A stretch of 64,000 nt of DNA from a virus. The stretch lies in the IMG/VR virus record IMGVR_UViG_3300027896_005002, positions 251,488-315,487 of that record, one strand, 5' to 3'. The stretch's first letter is position 1. Every line of letters begins with the position of its first letter. Positions 46,499 to 55,802 of the stretch are shown one piece after another. Under the pieces are notes generated by a model. That model did no database searches, was not told the origin of the DNA, and saw nothing but the letters and a program-made list of their open reading frames with translations. The position numbers were made by a program, and so were the translations under genes.

Positions 46499-48262
46499 TT
46501 AATTACCAAGGACAATTTCTACTCGACGATTCTTTGCACGACCTGCAGCACTTGAATTATCCGCTATTGGTCTTGTATCACCAAAACCTTGAGCCTCAAG
46601 AGCTTTGGGCTTCATTCCTTTTGTTGTTAGTAAATAATCCTTTACTGCATTTGCGCGATTATCGGAAAGTTCAAGATTTTTCTCAGTATTTCCGGTATTA
46701 TCGGTATGACCATAAATACCCAACTTACAACCTTCTGCAACCATTGCAGAGTTGAATATTTCATCAAGTACTCTGTAGGATTCAGGTCTGATTTTGGAAC
46801 TTCCAACCTCAAACTGAATTTGATATGATTTTGATGAAACTTTAGTAGTGATTTGATCGGAATAATTTACGGCTAAAGCTTTTCCTTCCATTAATTCCGG
46901 ATGGTTTGCAACCACAGACATTAGGAATGATTTATCAATTACCTTGGAATAATCCGGATAGGTTGGCATTATTTCCGGATACATTTTGCTTAAAATAGTT
47001 CCAAAGGTATTGTAAACGATTTTGTATCGATCGATACCATCTTTTCCTAAGCCGAACATATTGGCAGCATCCGAAAGATTAAAAGCCATTGAACCGCCAA
47101 GATCAACTTCGAAATTTTGAACATCTTTTTGTTTCATTCCATTATAATATTTAAGCCAATATGTTGGATCCTGTTCATTATAGACCTTGGCTGATACTTT
47201 TGCCGCAAACATTTTTGCATCGCTGAAAGACCGAACTTGATCACCTGCAGTTCCCAATGCTGCAATCAAACTTTCAATATCTGATCGATGATCATTGGCA
47301 AATTTCTTGATTGTGATTGTGATGTTCGGCATTTGCGATGCATATTGTTTTGTGGAAGCAATAGTAACCAATCCACCTTTTTTGGTTGCTACATTGACAT
47401 CACCAGGTGTCCAAGTGGCAACAGCATCAACATTAACCGAAGTGTCTTTGTTTGTCTTCTTACCATTAATAACAAGTTTGCGTTTGTCTTTGATTTCCGA
47501 GATGTACTTGTTTGGAGCGTCCAGAAAATCACTGGCAGCAATAATATTAATGGCATTATAGTCATAAGTGGTTTCATCCGGATTGACTGAAAGACCATTG
47601 TCACCAGCCCATTTAAGAAGAATGTTAATATCACCGTCACGAAGAACGCCGGCAACGCATTTTCCGATAGCAGCTTTGGGATTTGTTTTCCATTCTGGAG
47701 GTCCCATAATTTTATCTTCACCATAGGATTTTCCCATTGGATAGAATCCCATCGGTTGATAGTCAGGACCGAGAGGTGCTAATTCCTTACATAAACCTTG
47801 GAAAAATGCCGGCATTCCGTCACCCATAAATGATGCAAATACAGCATTAGTTGATGGATTATTTTTGTAATCCTGTGCAAATTTAACAACATCCGCACAT
47901 GCTTTACTGCAATCATCCTGACGGATAATATTAATTGTAAGTCCAGCTTTTTCGATCAATGATCCTTTTGTTGTAACCGGACCGCCATTGGCATACATAA
48001 GAGCGAATTGCGAATTCCATGCCATGATTTTCCAATCAACTTTTACCGCACCATTACCACTTTCCTGATCTGAAGGCATTGCAAGTTTTTGTGCGTTGCC
48101 ACTGAACGATGCTTCCGGAGCATCAGGTAATGTTACCTTTCCGACGACTGCGGCAGCTTTTGCAACCTTTGGTAATTTGTCATACCATAAGGTTTTGCCA
48201 CCAAGAATGGCACCAATGACAATGATGCCCAACATTAATTGACCTCTAGCCTTGATCTTCAT
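46499..48262 (-). CDS. ABC substrate-binding protein (NMT1/SsuA/TauA-like) fused to a C-terminal OmpA/MotB peptidoglycan-binding domain
   Basis: N-terminal signal/anchor, large periplasmic domain, and C-terminal NTGNTEKNLELSDNRANAVKDYL...GFGDTRPIADNSS...RRVEIV, the OmpA-C signature. Higher GC than the flanks. Confidence 0.6.
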   Translation of the reverse strand: MKIKARGQLMLGIIVIGAILGGKTLWYDKLPKVAKAAAVVGKVTLPDAPEASFSGNAQKLAMPSDQESGNGAVKVDWKIMAWNSQFALMYANGGPVTTKGSLIEKAGLTINIIRQDDCSKACADVVKFAQDYKNNPSTNAVFASFMGDGMPAFFQGLCKELAPLGPDYQPMGFYPMGKSYGEDKIMGPPEWKTNPKAAIGKCVAGVLRDGDINILLKWAGDNGLSVNPDETTYDYNAINIIAASDFLDAPNKYISEIKDKRKLVINGKKTNKDTSVNVDAVATWTPGDVNVATKKGGLVTIASTKQYASQMPNITITIKKFANDHRSDIESLIAALGTAGDQVRSFSDAKMFAAKVSAKVYNEQDPTYWLKYYNGMKQKDVQNFEVDLGGSMAFNLSDAANMFGLGKDGIDRYKIVYNTFGTILSKMYPEIMPTYPDYSKVIDKSFLMSVVANHPELMEGKALAVNYSDQITTKVSSKSYQIQFEVGSSKIRPESYRVLDEIFNSAMVAEGCKLGIYGHTDNTGNTEKNLELSDNRANAVKDYLLTTKGMKPKALEAQGFGDTRPIADNSSAAGRAKNRRVEIVLGN

Positions 48263-48300
48263 AGAAGATCACTCCTTTCTTTAAGGTTAATGGATACCAA

Positions 48301-49305
48301 TTATTTTAATAATGAATCATAAACATCAGTAGTTGGAACTTCACCTGCATTTATCGATTGAATTCCTTGTGTTTTCATTTTTTCCATTTGCTTCCATGTA
48401 TTATCTTCATCAAATGTTTTTAAGAATTCTAAACCTTCATGTTGAGCCGATGCATTTTCAAGATCAATTGATTTCATATATTCGGAAGTACAACTTATGG
48501 CACGTTTCATGTTTGAAACTTTTCCGGCAATGTCAGTCTTTAATAAATCCAATGATTGTTCAACCATTAATTGTTTTTCAGGATCACCATTAAAGAACCT
48601 TTGAGCAGCGCCTAGTGCCTTACTACCGGCTGTAACTGACCTATATAATTGTTTTTGCAAATCAAGAGCATTTTTTGCATCATCAATCATAAAGGCACTC
48701 TTTTTGTAAATCATATCCAAGTAATTATATGTTTTACATAAATTATCATAAATTGGCATTAATGATTGAATGAATGAATTAAGACGACCTGCTTGCGCAG
48801 AAGCATTAGCAACTTGATCTTCATAACCTTTTTTGCCAGAGCCTGTGGTAACTATTGATTTCTGTTTCGTTAGGTCTTTTTGTTTCTCTTTTAATGTGCC
48901 TTCTAATCGTTCTTTTTCCAGCCCAATATCATTTGCTAAAAGATCATTTATTTTTTCTCGTTGTTTTACCATATCCTTGATTTGATCTTCAGCCAAAACA
49001 AATGGATCCCATTCAAAAATAAGACCAACCGTATATTTCATTAGTATATCCCAAACAGCCTGAAGTCGTAATCGTAAAGGTTTATTTGTCACAAGGAATA
49101 AAAACAAAAGGGCTGCTACACAAGCAATGCCCACATTAATTGTATTCCATATTACCGCAGTCAGCATTGGAAATGCCCACATTGCTAAAACTGCAAAGCC
49201 TCCAAGAGCAACAACGGTTTTAACTTTACCACCTGGCCGATTCCAATAAGCTTTTAGCTTTTGATCACCGGCTTGCATCATAGCATATGAATTCATAAAA
49301 ATCAT
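48301..49305 (-). CDS. Membrane-anchored coiled-coil protein
   Basis: Two N-terminal TM helices, then a long predicted coiled-coil region. Confidence 0.3.
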   Translation of the reverse strand: MIFMNSYAMMQAGDQKLKAYWNRPGGKVKTVVALGGFAVLAMWAFPMLTAVIWNTINVGIACVAALLFLFLVTNKPLRLRLQAVWDILMKYTVGLIFEWDPFVLAEDQIKDMVKQREKINDLLANDIGLEKERLEGTLKEKQKDLTKQKSIVTTGSGKKGYEDQVANASAQAGRLNSFIQSLMPIYDNLCKTYNYLDMIYKKSAFMIDDAKNALDLQKQLYRSVTAGSKALGAAQRFFNGDPEKQLMVEQSLDLLKTDIAGKVSNMKRAISCTSEYMKSIDLENASAQHEGLEFLKTFDEDNTWKQMEKMKTQGIQSINAGEVPTTDVYDSLLK

Positions 49306-49312
49306 CCTTTCC

Positions 49313-49981
49313 TTAAGAGATATATTGTTGAGATTTTGTCATTATTGTTTCAATTTTCTTTGTAAAAGTATCACATGCAGCTAAAAAGCCACCTTCATTC
49401 TTTTGTAATTGCATAGTTGCCGTTGAAATTTCAGTTTGTAAACTTTCTGCAGTCTTAACAAGCTGTTCATTGAGTTTTAAAAGTCGGTCAATTTCAGCTT
49501 TATTTGTTTCAATTGTTTGTGTCACTTCTAATATTTTTGATTTTCTTGAATTCGATTCATTGTCAATCTTCTTTTTCAAAGCAGTTTGAAAACCATCCCT
49601 ATCTTTTGCAATAACTTCCATATAAGTTTTTGCACTTTGAATTACTTTATCCTTTGTCATACCATTAAGAGCCAATGACGCAAAAGCCGCAGTATATGCT
49701 AACTTTTCATCCGCAACAGTCGGTAAAAGTTTTTCAAGAACCTGAGCAAATTCATAGTAATCAGGTCCTGGCAAATTAGCACCTTTTAAAAGAGAATCAA
49801 AATGTTCGATAAACTTTGCTAAATCAACATCAGGAACAGAAACTGGCGCAGCTGGCGTTGACACTTGAAATGATTGTGATGGTAACGGCGACTTTTGCTG
49901 TGTTGGATTTTGCGGCTTTGGTCTTTCATCGTCAAAGTCTGCAAGACCTGCACTTTGAAGTACTTTTTTTATTTTATTCAT
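49313..49981 (-). CDS. Hypothetical coiled-coil protein
   Basis: 222 aa; Pro/Gln-rich N-terminus, helical C-terminus. Confidence 0.3.
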   Translation of the reverse strand: MNKIKKVLQSAGLADFDDERPKPQNPTQQKSPLPSQSFQVSTPAAPVSVPDVDLAKFIEHFDSLLKGANLPGPDYYEFAQVLEKLLPTVADEKLAYTAAFASLALNGMTKDKVIQSAKTYMEVIAKDRDGFQTALKKKIDNESNSRKSKILEVTQTIETNKAEIDRLLKLNEQLVKTAESLQTEISTATMQLQKNEGGFLAACDTFTKKIETIMTKSQQYIS

Positions 49982-50004
49982 ACTCTCTCCTTAGTTCATT
50001 AAAT

Positions 50005-51180
50005 CTACATTATTCCTAATGTTTGTTTACAAAGATTAACTGTTTTAATATTACCAGTATATTTTTTAGCGTCATCTGATAATTTTATTGTGTCTATCCA
50101 TTCATTACCAAAATTACATGCTATTAATTTAATGACTATATTAAGTGGTTTTACACCAACATCGTTTGTAAACCATGTACCAATACCATATCGATCAATT
50201 GCTTTATCTTTGCAAGCTTCATGAATAACATTAATCTGATCCATGGAATGAAGATTGTCCGAAAACATTAACATTTTACTGAGAGGATTTATTCTAAGTT
50301 TTTGATAATGTGCTATTGCTTTATCTAAAAAAATCAATGGTTGTCCACTATCTTGACGCATACCATCATAAAGCTTTGCATACTTTGTATTAAAAGATTT
50401 AAGAAAAACATCGGTGGTAAAAGTATCAGGTAATGCTGTTCCAAGATCACCATTAAATACTTCAACCCATGCTTCATTGGCCATATCATTGGCCATTTTA
50501 AATCCATATAAAGCTGCATGAAGCATATACCATTCATGAGCAACTGTTCCCATAGGAATAAGATTATGTAACATCGCAAAATGAATATTACTTGTTCCTA
50601 ACATATGACCATTGCCGTATTTTTTCAAATGTGCTATGGTTTCATTTTGAACGTGATAAGCAAATCGTCTTCGAGATCCAAATTCTGAATAGTAAATATT
50701 CATATTAGCTAATTTTTCTGCTTTGTCCCGATTATTTTGTTCCCGTTTTTCTATACTGTATATATCATTTTTAATTTCTTTACACGTCATTCTATAATAA
50801 AGTTCACTTATTGTACTCATTAATGGTACTTCCCATAAAACAGTTCTGTAAGCAGGTCCAATAATATCAACACTTAAATCTGGACCTTTTTGTTCTATTT
50901 TAACTTCACTAGGATCAAATTGATATCCTGCAAGAAAATCTAAATAAACGGGATTTAAATAATAACATCGTTCTCGTAAAAAATCTTTTTCATCATTACT
51001 AAGTTTCATTGTTCTAAAACCATCAACAAGTTTGCGTAATTGTTCAGCAAATCCGTCAGGAAATTCTCTCTTGTCACGATTTATAAACTTATAATGATTA
51101 AAAACTTTTGGATATTTTTGACAAATAGCCATGTCCATGGTTAATTTATATAAATCAGTATCTAGCATTGATGAAATCAT
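50005..51180 (-). CDS. pncB: Nicotinate phosphoribosyltransferase
   Basis: N-terminal MLDTDLYKLTMDMAI (NAPRTase hallmark LDTDxYKxTM), plus GTSN and GTVAHEW motifs. Confidence 0.8.
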   Translation of the reverse strand: MISSMLDTDLYKLTMDMAICQKYPKVFNHYKFINRDKREFPDGFAEQLRKLVDGFRTMKLSNDEKDFLRERCYYLNPVYLDFLAGYQFDPSEVKIEQKGPDLSVDIIGPAYRTVLWEVPLMSTISELYYRMTCKEIKNDIYSIEKREQNNRDKAEKLANMNIYYSEFGSRRRFAYHVQNETIAHLKKYGNGHMLGTSNIHFAMLHNLIPMGTVAHEWYMLHAALYGFKMANDMANEAWVEVFNGDLGTALPDTFTTDVFLKSFNTKYAKLYDGMRQDSGQPLIFLDKAIAHYQKLRINPLSKMLMFSDNLHSMDQINVIHEACKDKAIDRYGIGTWFTNDVGVKPLNIVIKLIACNFGNEWIDTIKLSDDAKKYTGNIKTVNLCKQTLGIM

Positions 51181-51941
51181 AGTATCTCCCTTTTAACTGT
51201 GTATCCACTTGAATACTTTCTTTCACCTCTAATCACTTTATAAATATTTTTAATATTATGTTCTTTACAAAAAGCACGCAAATTATCTGTGGTAAATTCT
51301 TTACCATCAATATTTGTCAAAATAAAAATCCTATAATTTCTATTTTTTCCTAACATTGAATTTCGCATTTTCTCTCTTGTAATAAATGTTATGACTCTAT
51401 TTTTTCGTGCTTTACTTAAATTTCTTTTGTGATTATCGGAAAATTTTATTCCTTTTTTAATGTTACTTAATAAATCTTTAGTCTCTTTAGAATGATGTCC
51501 CCATGATATACCTTTTTTATTTTTGCTGATTCTTTCTCTAGTCTCATTAGAAATAACCTTACCACTTGCACCATCTCCACCATCAGAAAGATTAGTTAAA
51601 GGTCCAACATTTAAATTCAATCTACCAATTGTTTTAATTAGTAATGTTTCTAAATCAAAAGCTTCTTCTTCACTTAAATTTTCTTTTATTTTTAAAATTA
51701 TTGGTTCTTTTCCTATTTGTAAAATATTACGAATAGTCTGTAACCTTAATAACTTAATTTCATTTATAAATAGTTTTTGATTTTTTTTACTCTTTTTTAA
51801 TTGATGTAAATAACGTTTTCTTCGACCTTTTCCAACATAAAATGGCTCATATTCAAATTCAAAATCTTTATACTTATATATACCTTTTTTTCTTATATCT
51901 AAATAAATATAAACATAAAAATCTTTTAACTCGTCATTCAT
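51177..51941 (-). CDS. GIY-YIG homing endonuclease with NUMOD3-like repeats
   Basis: FYVYIYLDIRKKGIYKYKDFEFEYEPFYVGKGRRKRY carries GIY...YVG and the Arg; C-terminal repeats SNETRERISKNKKG / SDNHKRNLSKARKN resemble NUMOD3 DNA-binding modules. Confidence 0.7.
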   Translation of the reverse strand: MNDELKDFYVYIYLDIRKKGIYKYKDFEFEYEPFYVGKGRRKRYLHQLKKSKKNQKLFINEIKLLRLQTIRNILQIGKEPIILKIKENLSEEEAFDLETLLIKTIGRLNLNVGPLTNLSDGGDGASGKVISNETRERISKNKKGISWGHHSKETKDLLSNIKKGIKFSDNHKRNLSKARKNRVITFITREKMRNSMLGKNRNYRIFILTNIDGKEFTTDNLRAFCKEHNIKNIYKVIRGERKYSSGYTVKREIL

Positions 51942-51944
51942 AAT

Positions 51945-52808
51945 TTACATTATTTTTGCTTTAGAATCCCAATCAGTATATAATGAATTATCCGGTCTGT
52001 AAACTAAAGATTTTATACTTGAAGCAGTATTATTTTGTGTACAAGTTGAAGTTGATACAGTAACACCATTAATATCATAGGGTTGACCATTTCCAAACCA
52101 ATTCAATTTATCGCCATCACTTTCAACAACAATATCATCCAACCATTGAGTAATTTGATCTTGAGTTATTCTATTGTCATAACACCAACTCAAAAAATTA
52201 TCCATGTGCTTTACATTTTTTGGTATCCATAATTCTCTAAAAACTATAGATGTTACACCAAGTGATTTGTAATGCATAATATAACTAATCATTTGATTTT
52301 TTGAATTTATTCCGGCCTTGCATACAACACAACTTAATCTAACTGCAAGACCTAAATTAGTTAACTTTTTAAATAATTGAACATAATCCAATTCCAAACC
52401 ATACAATTCCTGACATTTATCAGTATTGTAATGCGGTACTGTCATTGTTAAATTAGTGATATAAGGAGCCAACATTTGGGAAAAATCCCGGCCAAAAGAA
52501 GGCATTGCCAGAATTTCAGAACCATTTGTATGAAGATCAATTTGACCGAAGTATTTTTTGCAAAGCCATAAAATATTTTCAATATTTGTCCAACTGCCTA
52601 ACAATGTTTCTCCAGAAGATGTTATAATCGCAGTCGAAGCATTTCCGTCTTTTGCGTATTTAATGCATTTTTCCAGTTTGGGTAAATTAATTCCAGGTTT
52701 TTTCAAATCTTTACGAATGTCTGCTGTCATAGCAGCTATGCAATATTTACATTTTGCATTACATCCGACTTCTTGAGGAACAATAGAAATAGAACTTATA
52801 TGCATCAT
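51945..52808 (-). CDS. Radical SAM enzyme, substrate unknown
   Basis: VGCNAKCKYCIA (CxxxCxxC) and SSGETLL (GGE-like SAM motif). Confidence 0.6.
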   Translation of the reverse strand: MMHISSISIVPQEVGCNAKCKYCIAAMTADIRKDLKKPGINLPKLEKCIKYAKDGNASTAIITSSGETLLGSWTNIENILWLCKKYFGQIDLHTNGSEILAMPSFGRDFSQMLAPYITNLTMTVPHYNTDKCQELYGLELDYVQLFKKLTNLGLAVRLSCVVCKAGINSKNQMISYIMHYKSLGVTSIVFRELWIPKNVKHMDNFLSWCYDNRITQDQITQWLDDIVVESDGDKLNWFGNGQPYDINGVTVSTSTCTQNNTASSIKSLVYRPDNSLYTDWDSKAKIM

Positions 52809-54412
52809 TTTCCTTGGAATTGGTTAAACAAATTAGCAATCGGCATCCTACGACCGATAATAAGATCCCTTTCTGATATGATTAATCCTGGAGCAGCTTG
52901 ATGTCTTTTATATTCATTTTTATCAACCATTTGAATTACTCTAGCTACAGTTTTATAATCAAACCCATTGTCGATGATATCATCAGCCGACATATTCTTT
53001 TCTATGTATCTTTTTAAAATACCGTCCAAAATATCGTAGGGCGGCAGTGAATCTGTGTCTTTCTGCTCAGGTTTTAGTTCTGCTGAAGGAGGTTTTGTAA
53101 TTGTATTTTTAGGTATTTGCAAATAAAGTTCACATATTTTATAAATAGTAGTTTTATAGACATCTGAAATTACAGATAAACCACCACACATATCACCATA
53201 AAGTGTACAATAACCTACTGACATTTCTGATTTATTTCCAGTAGATAATAATAATCGACCTTCATCATTTGAAACAGCCATTAATAAACAACCACGAATT
53301 CGAGCTTGAAGATTTTGTTCCGTAACATCCGATTTATATATTCCACCCAATGCAATATTATATACTTGTAATATTTGCTCAATATTTACTATTTGTGACG
53401 TCATCCCTAAATTATTAACTAAATCTTGAGCATCTGTTATGCTTCCCTGACTTGAATATGCCGACGGCATCAATAAACCATGTACATTTAAAGCACCTAA
53501 AGCTTCAACAGCAAGTGCAGCAGTCAAAGCAGAATCAACACCGCCAGATAATCCTAATACTGCTTTTTCGAATTTAGTTTTATAAAAATAATCACTAATT
53601 CCCAAAACCAAAGCCTTTTTGATTTGAACAGTGTCGCTTGGATATTCATTTACTGTGCCTTCGATATGTTTCAGTTGATGGTCTTCAAATTGTACCATAA
53701 CATTTGCTTCTGTAAATTGAGGTGCAATCATTTCAGCAATATCACCATTAACAATCATACTGGCACCATCAAAAATCAATCCATCCTGGCTACCGACCTG
53801 ATTGACATAGAGAATTGATTTGCCAACTTCCGTACTTCGTTTGGTAAGGACTTGTTTTCTTATTCCAACTTTACCTTTTGAAAAAGGTGATGCATTTAAT
53901 GAGATGATGAGATCGGTATCCTTATACATTGATACTGGTTTTTTATCATAATCATCATCCCAAGCATCTTCACAAATAATCAAACCGATTTTCGTTCCTT
54001 TTACGTCTAAAATCAATTTGGACGTTCCAGGAGTAAAATATCGCCGTTCATCAAATACAACTTTGTTCGGCAAAAGTTGCTTATAATATCGATTCACTTT
54101 ACCATTTTTAATCGCACTTGCAACATTATATAAATGAAGCCCAACCTTGACAACATGGCCTACAATAATAACTAAATTACTATAAGCTTTGGATAATACA
54201 CAAACATCGTCAAAAGTATTAGTATTGGCGTCAATGAAAGCCTGATTATATAAAAGATCTTTTTGTGGATATCCGGTTATTGTAGCTTCTGGGAAAACAA
54301 CAATATCTGCATTCTTATTTGCTGCAATCATCACACTGGATTTTATTTTATTTAAATTTTGTATAAAATTACCAACAGAAGTATTGATTTGTGCCACCAT
54401 TATTTTTAACAT
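52805..54412 (-). CDS. nadE: Glutamine-dependent NAD+ synthetase (nitrilase/CN-hydrolase domain plus NadE)
   Basis: PP-loop GLSGGVDSAL in the C-terminal synthetase domain; the N-terminal domain has the CN-hydrolase layout (...VFPE...CEDAWD...). Confidence 0.8.
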   Translation of the reverse strand: MLKIMVAQINTSVGNFIQNLNKIKSSVMIAANKNADIVVFPEATITGYPQKDLLYNQAFIDANTNTFDDVCVLSKAYSNLVIIVGHVVKVGLHLYNVASAIKNGKVNRYYKQLLPNKVVFDERRYFTPGTSKLILDVKGTKIGLIICEDAWDDDYDKKPVSMYKDTDLIISLNASPFSKGKVGIRKQVLTKRSTEVGKSILYVNQVGSQDGLIFDGASMIVNGDIAEMIAPQFTEANVMVQFEDHQLKHIEGTVNEYPSDTVQIKKALVLGISDYFYKTKFEKAVLGLSGGVDSALTAALAVEALGALNVHGLLMPSAYSSQGSITDAQDLVNNLGMTSQIVNIEQILQVYNIALGGIYKSDVTEQNLQARIRGCLLMAVSNDEGRLLLSTGNKSEMSVGYCTLYGDMCGGLSVISDVYKTTIYKICELYLQIPKNTITKPPSAELKPEQKDTDSLPPYDILDGILKRYIEKNMSADDIIDNGFDYKTVARVIQMVDKNEYKRHQAAPGLIISERDLIIGRRMPIANLFNQFQGK

Positions 54413-54436
54413 AACATTCTCCTTTAATATTCAACT

Positions 54437-55087
54437 TTAAAAATTCCATGAATGATACCACCACAAACCAATTGAATAATCAGGCTTATTTGTCACATCA
54501 TCCATTATAATACCAAGAGAAAATGAATTATTGCTGAGATTTATACCAATACCCGGAACTAATCTAAGCGTTTGAGTGTGTTGTTTAAATCCAGTAATAG
54601 GAATAATATCACAGAAAATATCGAATTTACTATTAAATTTGTATCCTGGTGTAATACATGTCCATAAAGAAAGATCATTAGAATTATATGTAATATTCAA
54701 TCCTGTGTTATTTTGCATGTACCAATGAGTAGTTTCAAAAAACATGCCATGATATTGTAATGAAATATATTCATCATTAGCCAATATTGCTGCAAGATTA
54801 TTTTTTGTAATTGCATATCGAACCATTCCCCACCAAGAATTATATGAAAAATCCGGAATAAAAGTTATTGATCCAACATTAGCCCAGACATCAATATTAT
54901 CGGTAATGCCTACTGCAGCAAGTAAATCGGCACCAACTGTTGTTGAAGATTTAAAATTATAGACGTAGGCATATGGGTTTGCTACAATTGTTCTTTTCCC
55001 TGACATCATGGGAAAACAAGAATAACTATACGGAAAAGCATAAAATACGATCGCGCAAACAATCATTGACATTAAAATCTTTTTCAT
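54437..55087 (-). CDS. Outer-membrane beta-barrel-like protein (signal peptide, C-terminal aromatic residue)
   Basis: Start placed at MKKILMSMIVCAIVFYAF (signal-like); alternating aromatic/hydrophilic strands; ends ...WWYHSWNF with a terminal Phe, as in OMP barrels. Confidence 0.4.
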   Translation of the reverse strand: MKKILMSMIVCAIVFYAFPYSYSCFPMMSGKRTIVANPYAYVYNFKSSTTVGADLLAAVGITDNIDVWANVGSITFIPDFSYNSWWGMVRYAITKNNLAAILANDEYISLQYHGMFFETTHWYMQNNTGLNITYNSNDLSLWTCITPGYKFNSKFDIFCDIIPITGFKQHTQTLRLVPGIGINLSNNSFSLGIIMDDVTNKPDYSIGLWWYHSWNF

Positions 55088-55158
55088 TTTAAAAATTCTT
55101 TCTAAAAAGTCTGACAATTCTAACTCATATAAATATAGTCGCAAAAATTATCAATGAT

Positions 55159-55440
55159 TCAATTAAAATGCTTAACATCTTTTAAAAACTTCGTAAATAA
55201 TGTAGTAAATAATTCATCATGTTCAATTGGCGTAGCAAAAGGCATGTATAAACGGTTATTATTAGGAGTACAAAATGAAAATGAAAATCTATGATCTGAA
55301 TAAACAACGCAACGAATATTTTGCTCACCTTTAAATTCAAACCATGATTCTTCTAATGTCATCTCTCTGATAAAGCCGTGATCGTACGGCATGAATTTCC
55401 GTTCAATCATTTTTTTTATTAACAATTCTTTATTAATCAA
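55159..55440 (-). CDS. Hypothetical protein
   Basis: 93 aa ORF. Confidence 0.3.
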   Translation of the reverse strand: MINKELLIKKMIERKFMPYDHGFIREMTLEESWFEFKGEQNIRCVVYSDHRFSFSFCTPNNNRLYMPFATPIEHDELFTTLFTKFLKDVKHFN

Positions 55441-55442
55441 AA

Positions 55443-55802
55443 TTAAAAATCCTCAATAGTTGTAACAACTCTATTCTTTACAATAAGCCTATATTTACCA
55501 CATGGAATTTTACCAGATTTTAAATGATCAATAAGTGTTACATTTTTTTCTGACAGAATTTCATTTGAAATTGCAGCAATGTCAATTTTCAATACTCTTT
55601 CGCAATATCGCAATAATGCGTGTTCTGATACTACTGGTTTTCTATTCGAAATTTCTCTAATTTCCCGTCTTGTTTTTTCTAATTGTCGAGTTTTATCAAT
55701 GAGTTGTTGCCTCAATCGATCAAAATCTTTTTGAAGAAAAAGCAAATCTGATTCTAATTGAGTTTGTATAACTTGAAGCCGTTTTAAATCTTGTGCATCC
55801 AT
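55443..55802 (-). CDS. Hypothetical coiled-coil protein
   Basis: 119 aa ORF. Confidence 0.3.
   Translation of the reverse strand: MDAQDLKRLQVIQTQLESDLLFLQKDFDRLRQQLIDKTRQLEKTRREIREISNRKPVVSEHALLRYCERVLKIDIAAISNEILSEKNVTLIDHLKSGKIPCGKYRLIVKNRVVTTIEDF

Noticed and set aside
48301-49981. TelA/XpaC-like tellurite-resistance-associated proteins next to the TerY-like triad
   Set aside because: Both proteins are coiled-coil rich and one is membrane-anchored, but no specific conserved TelA or XpaC motif could be recognised by eye.
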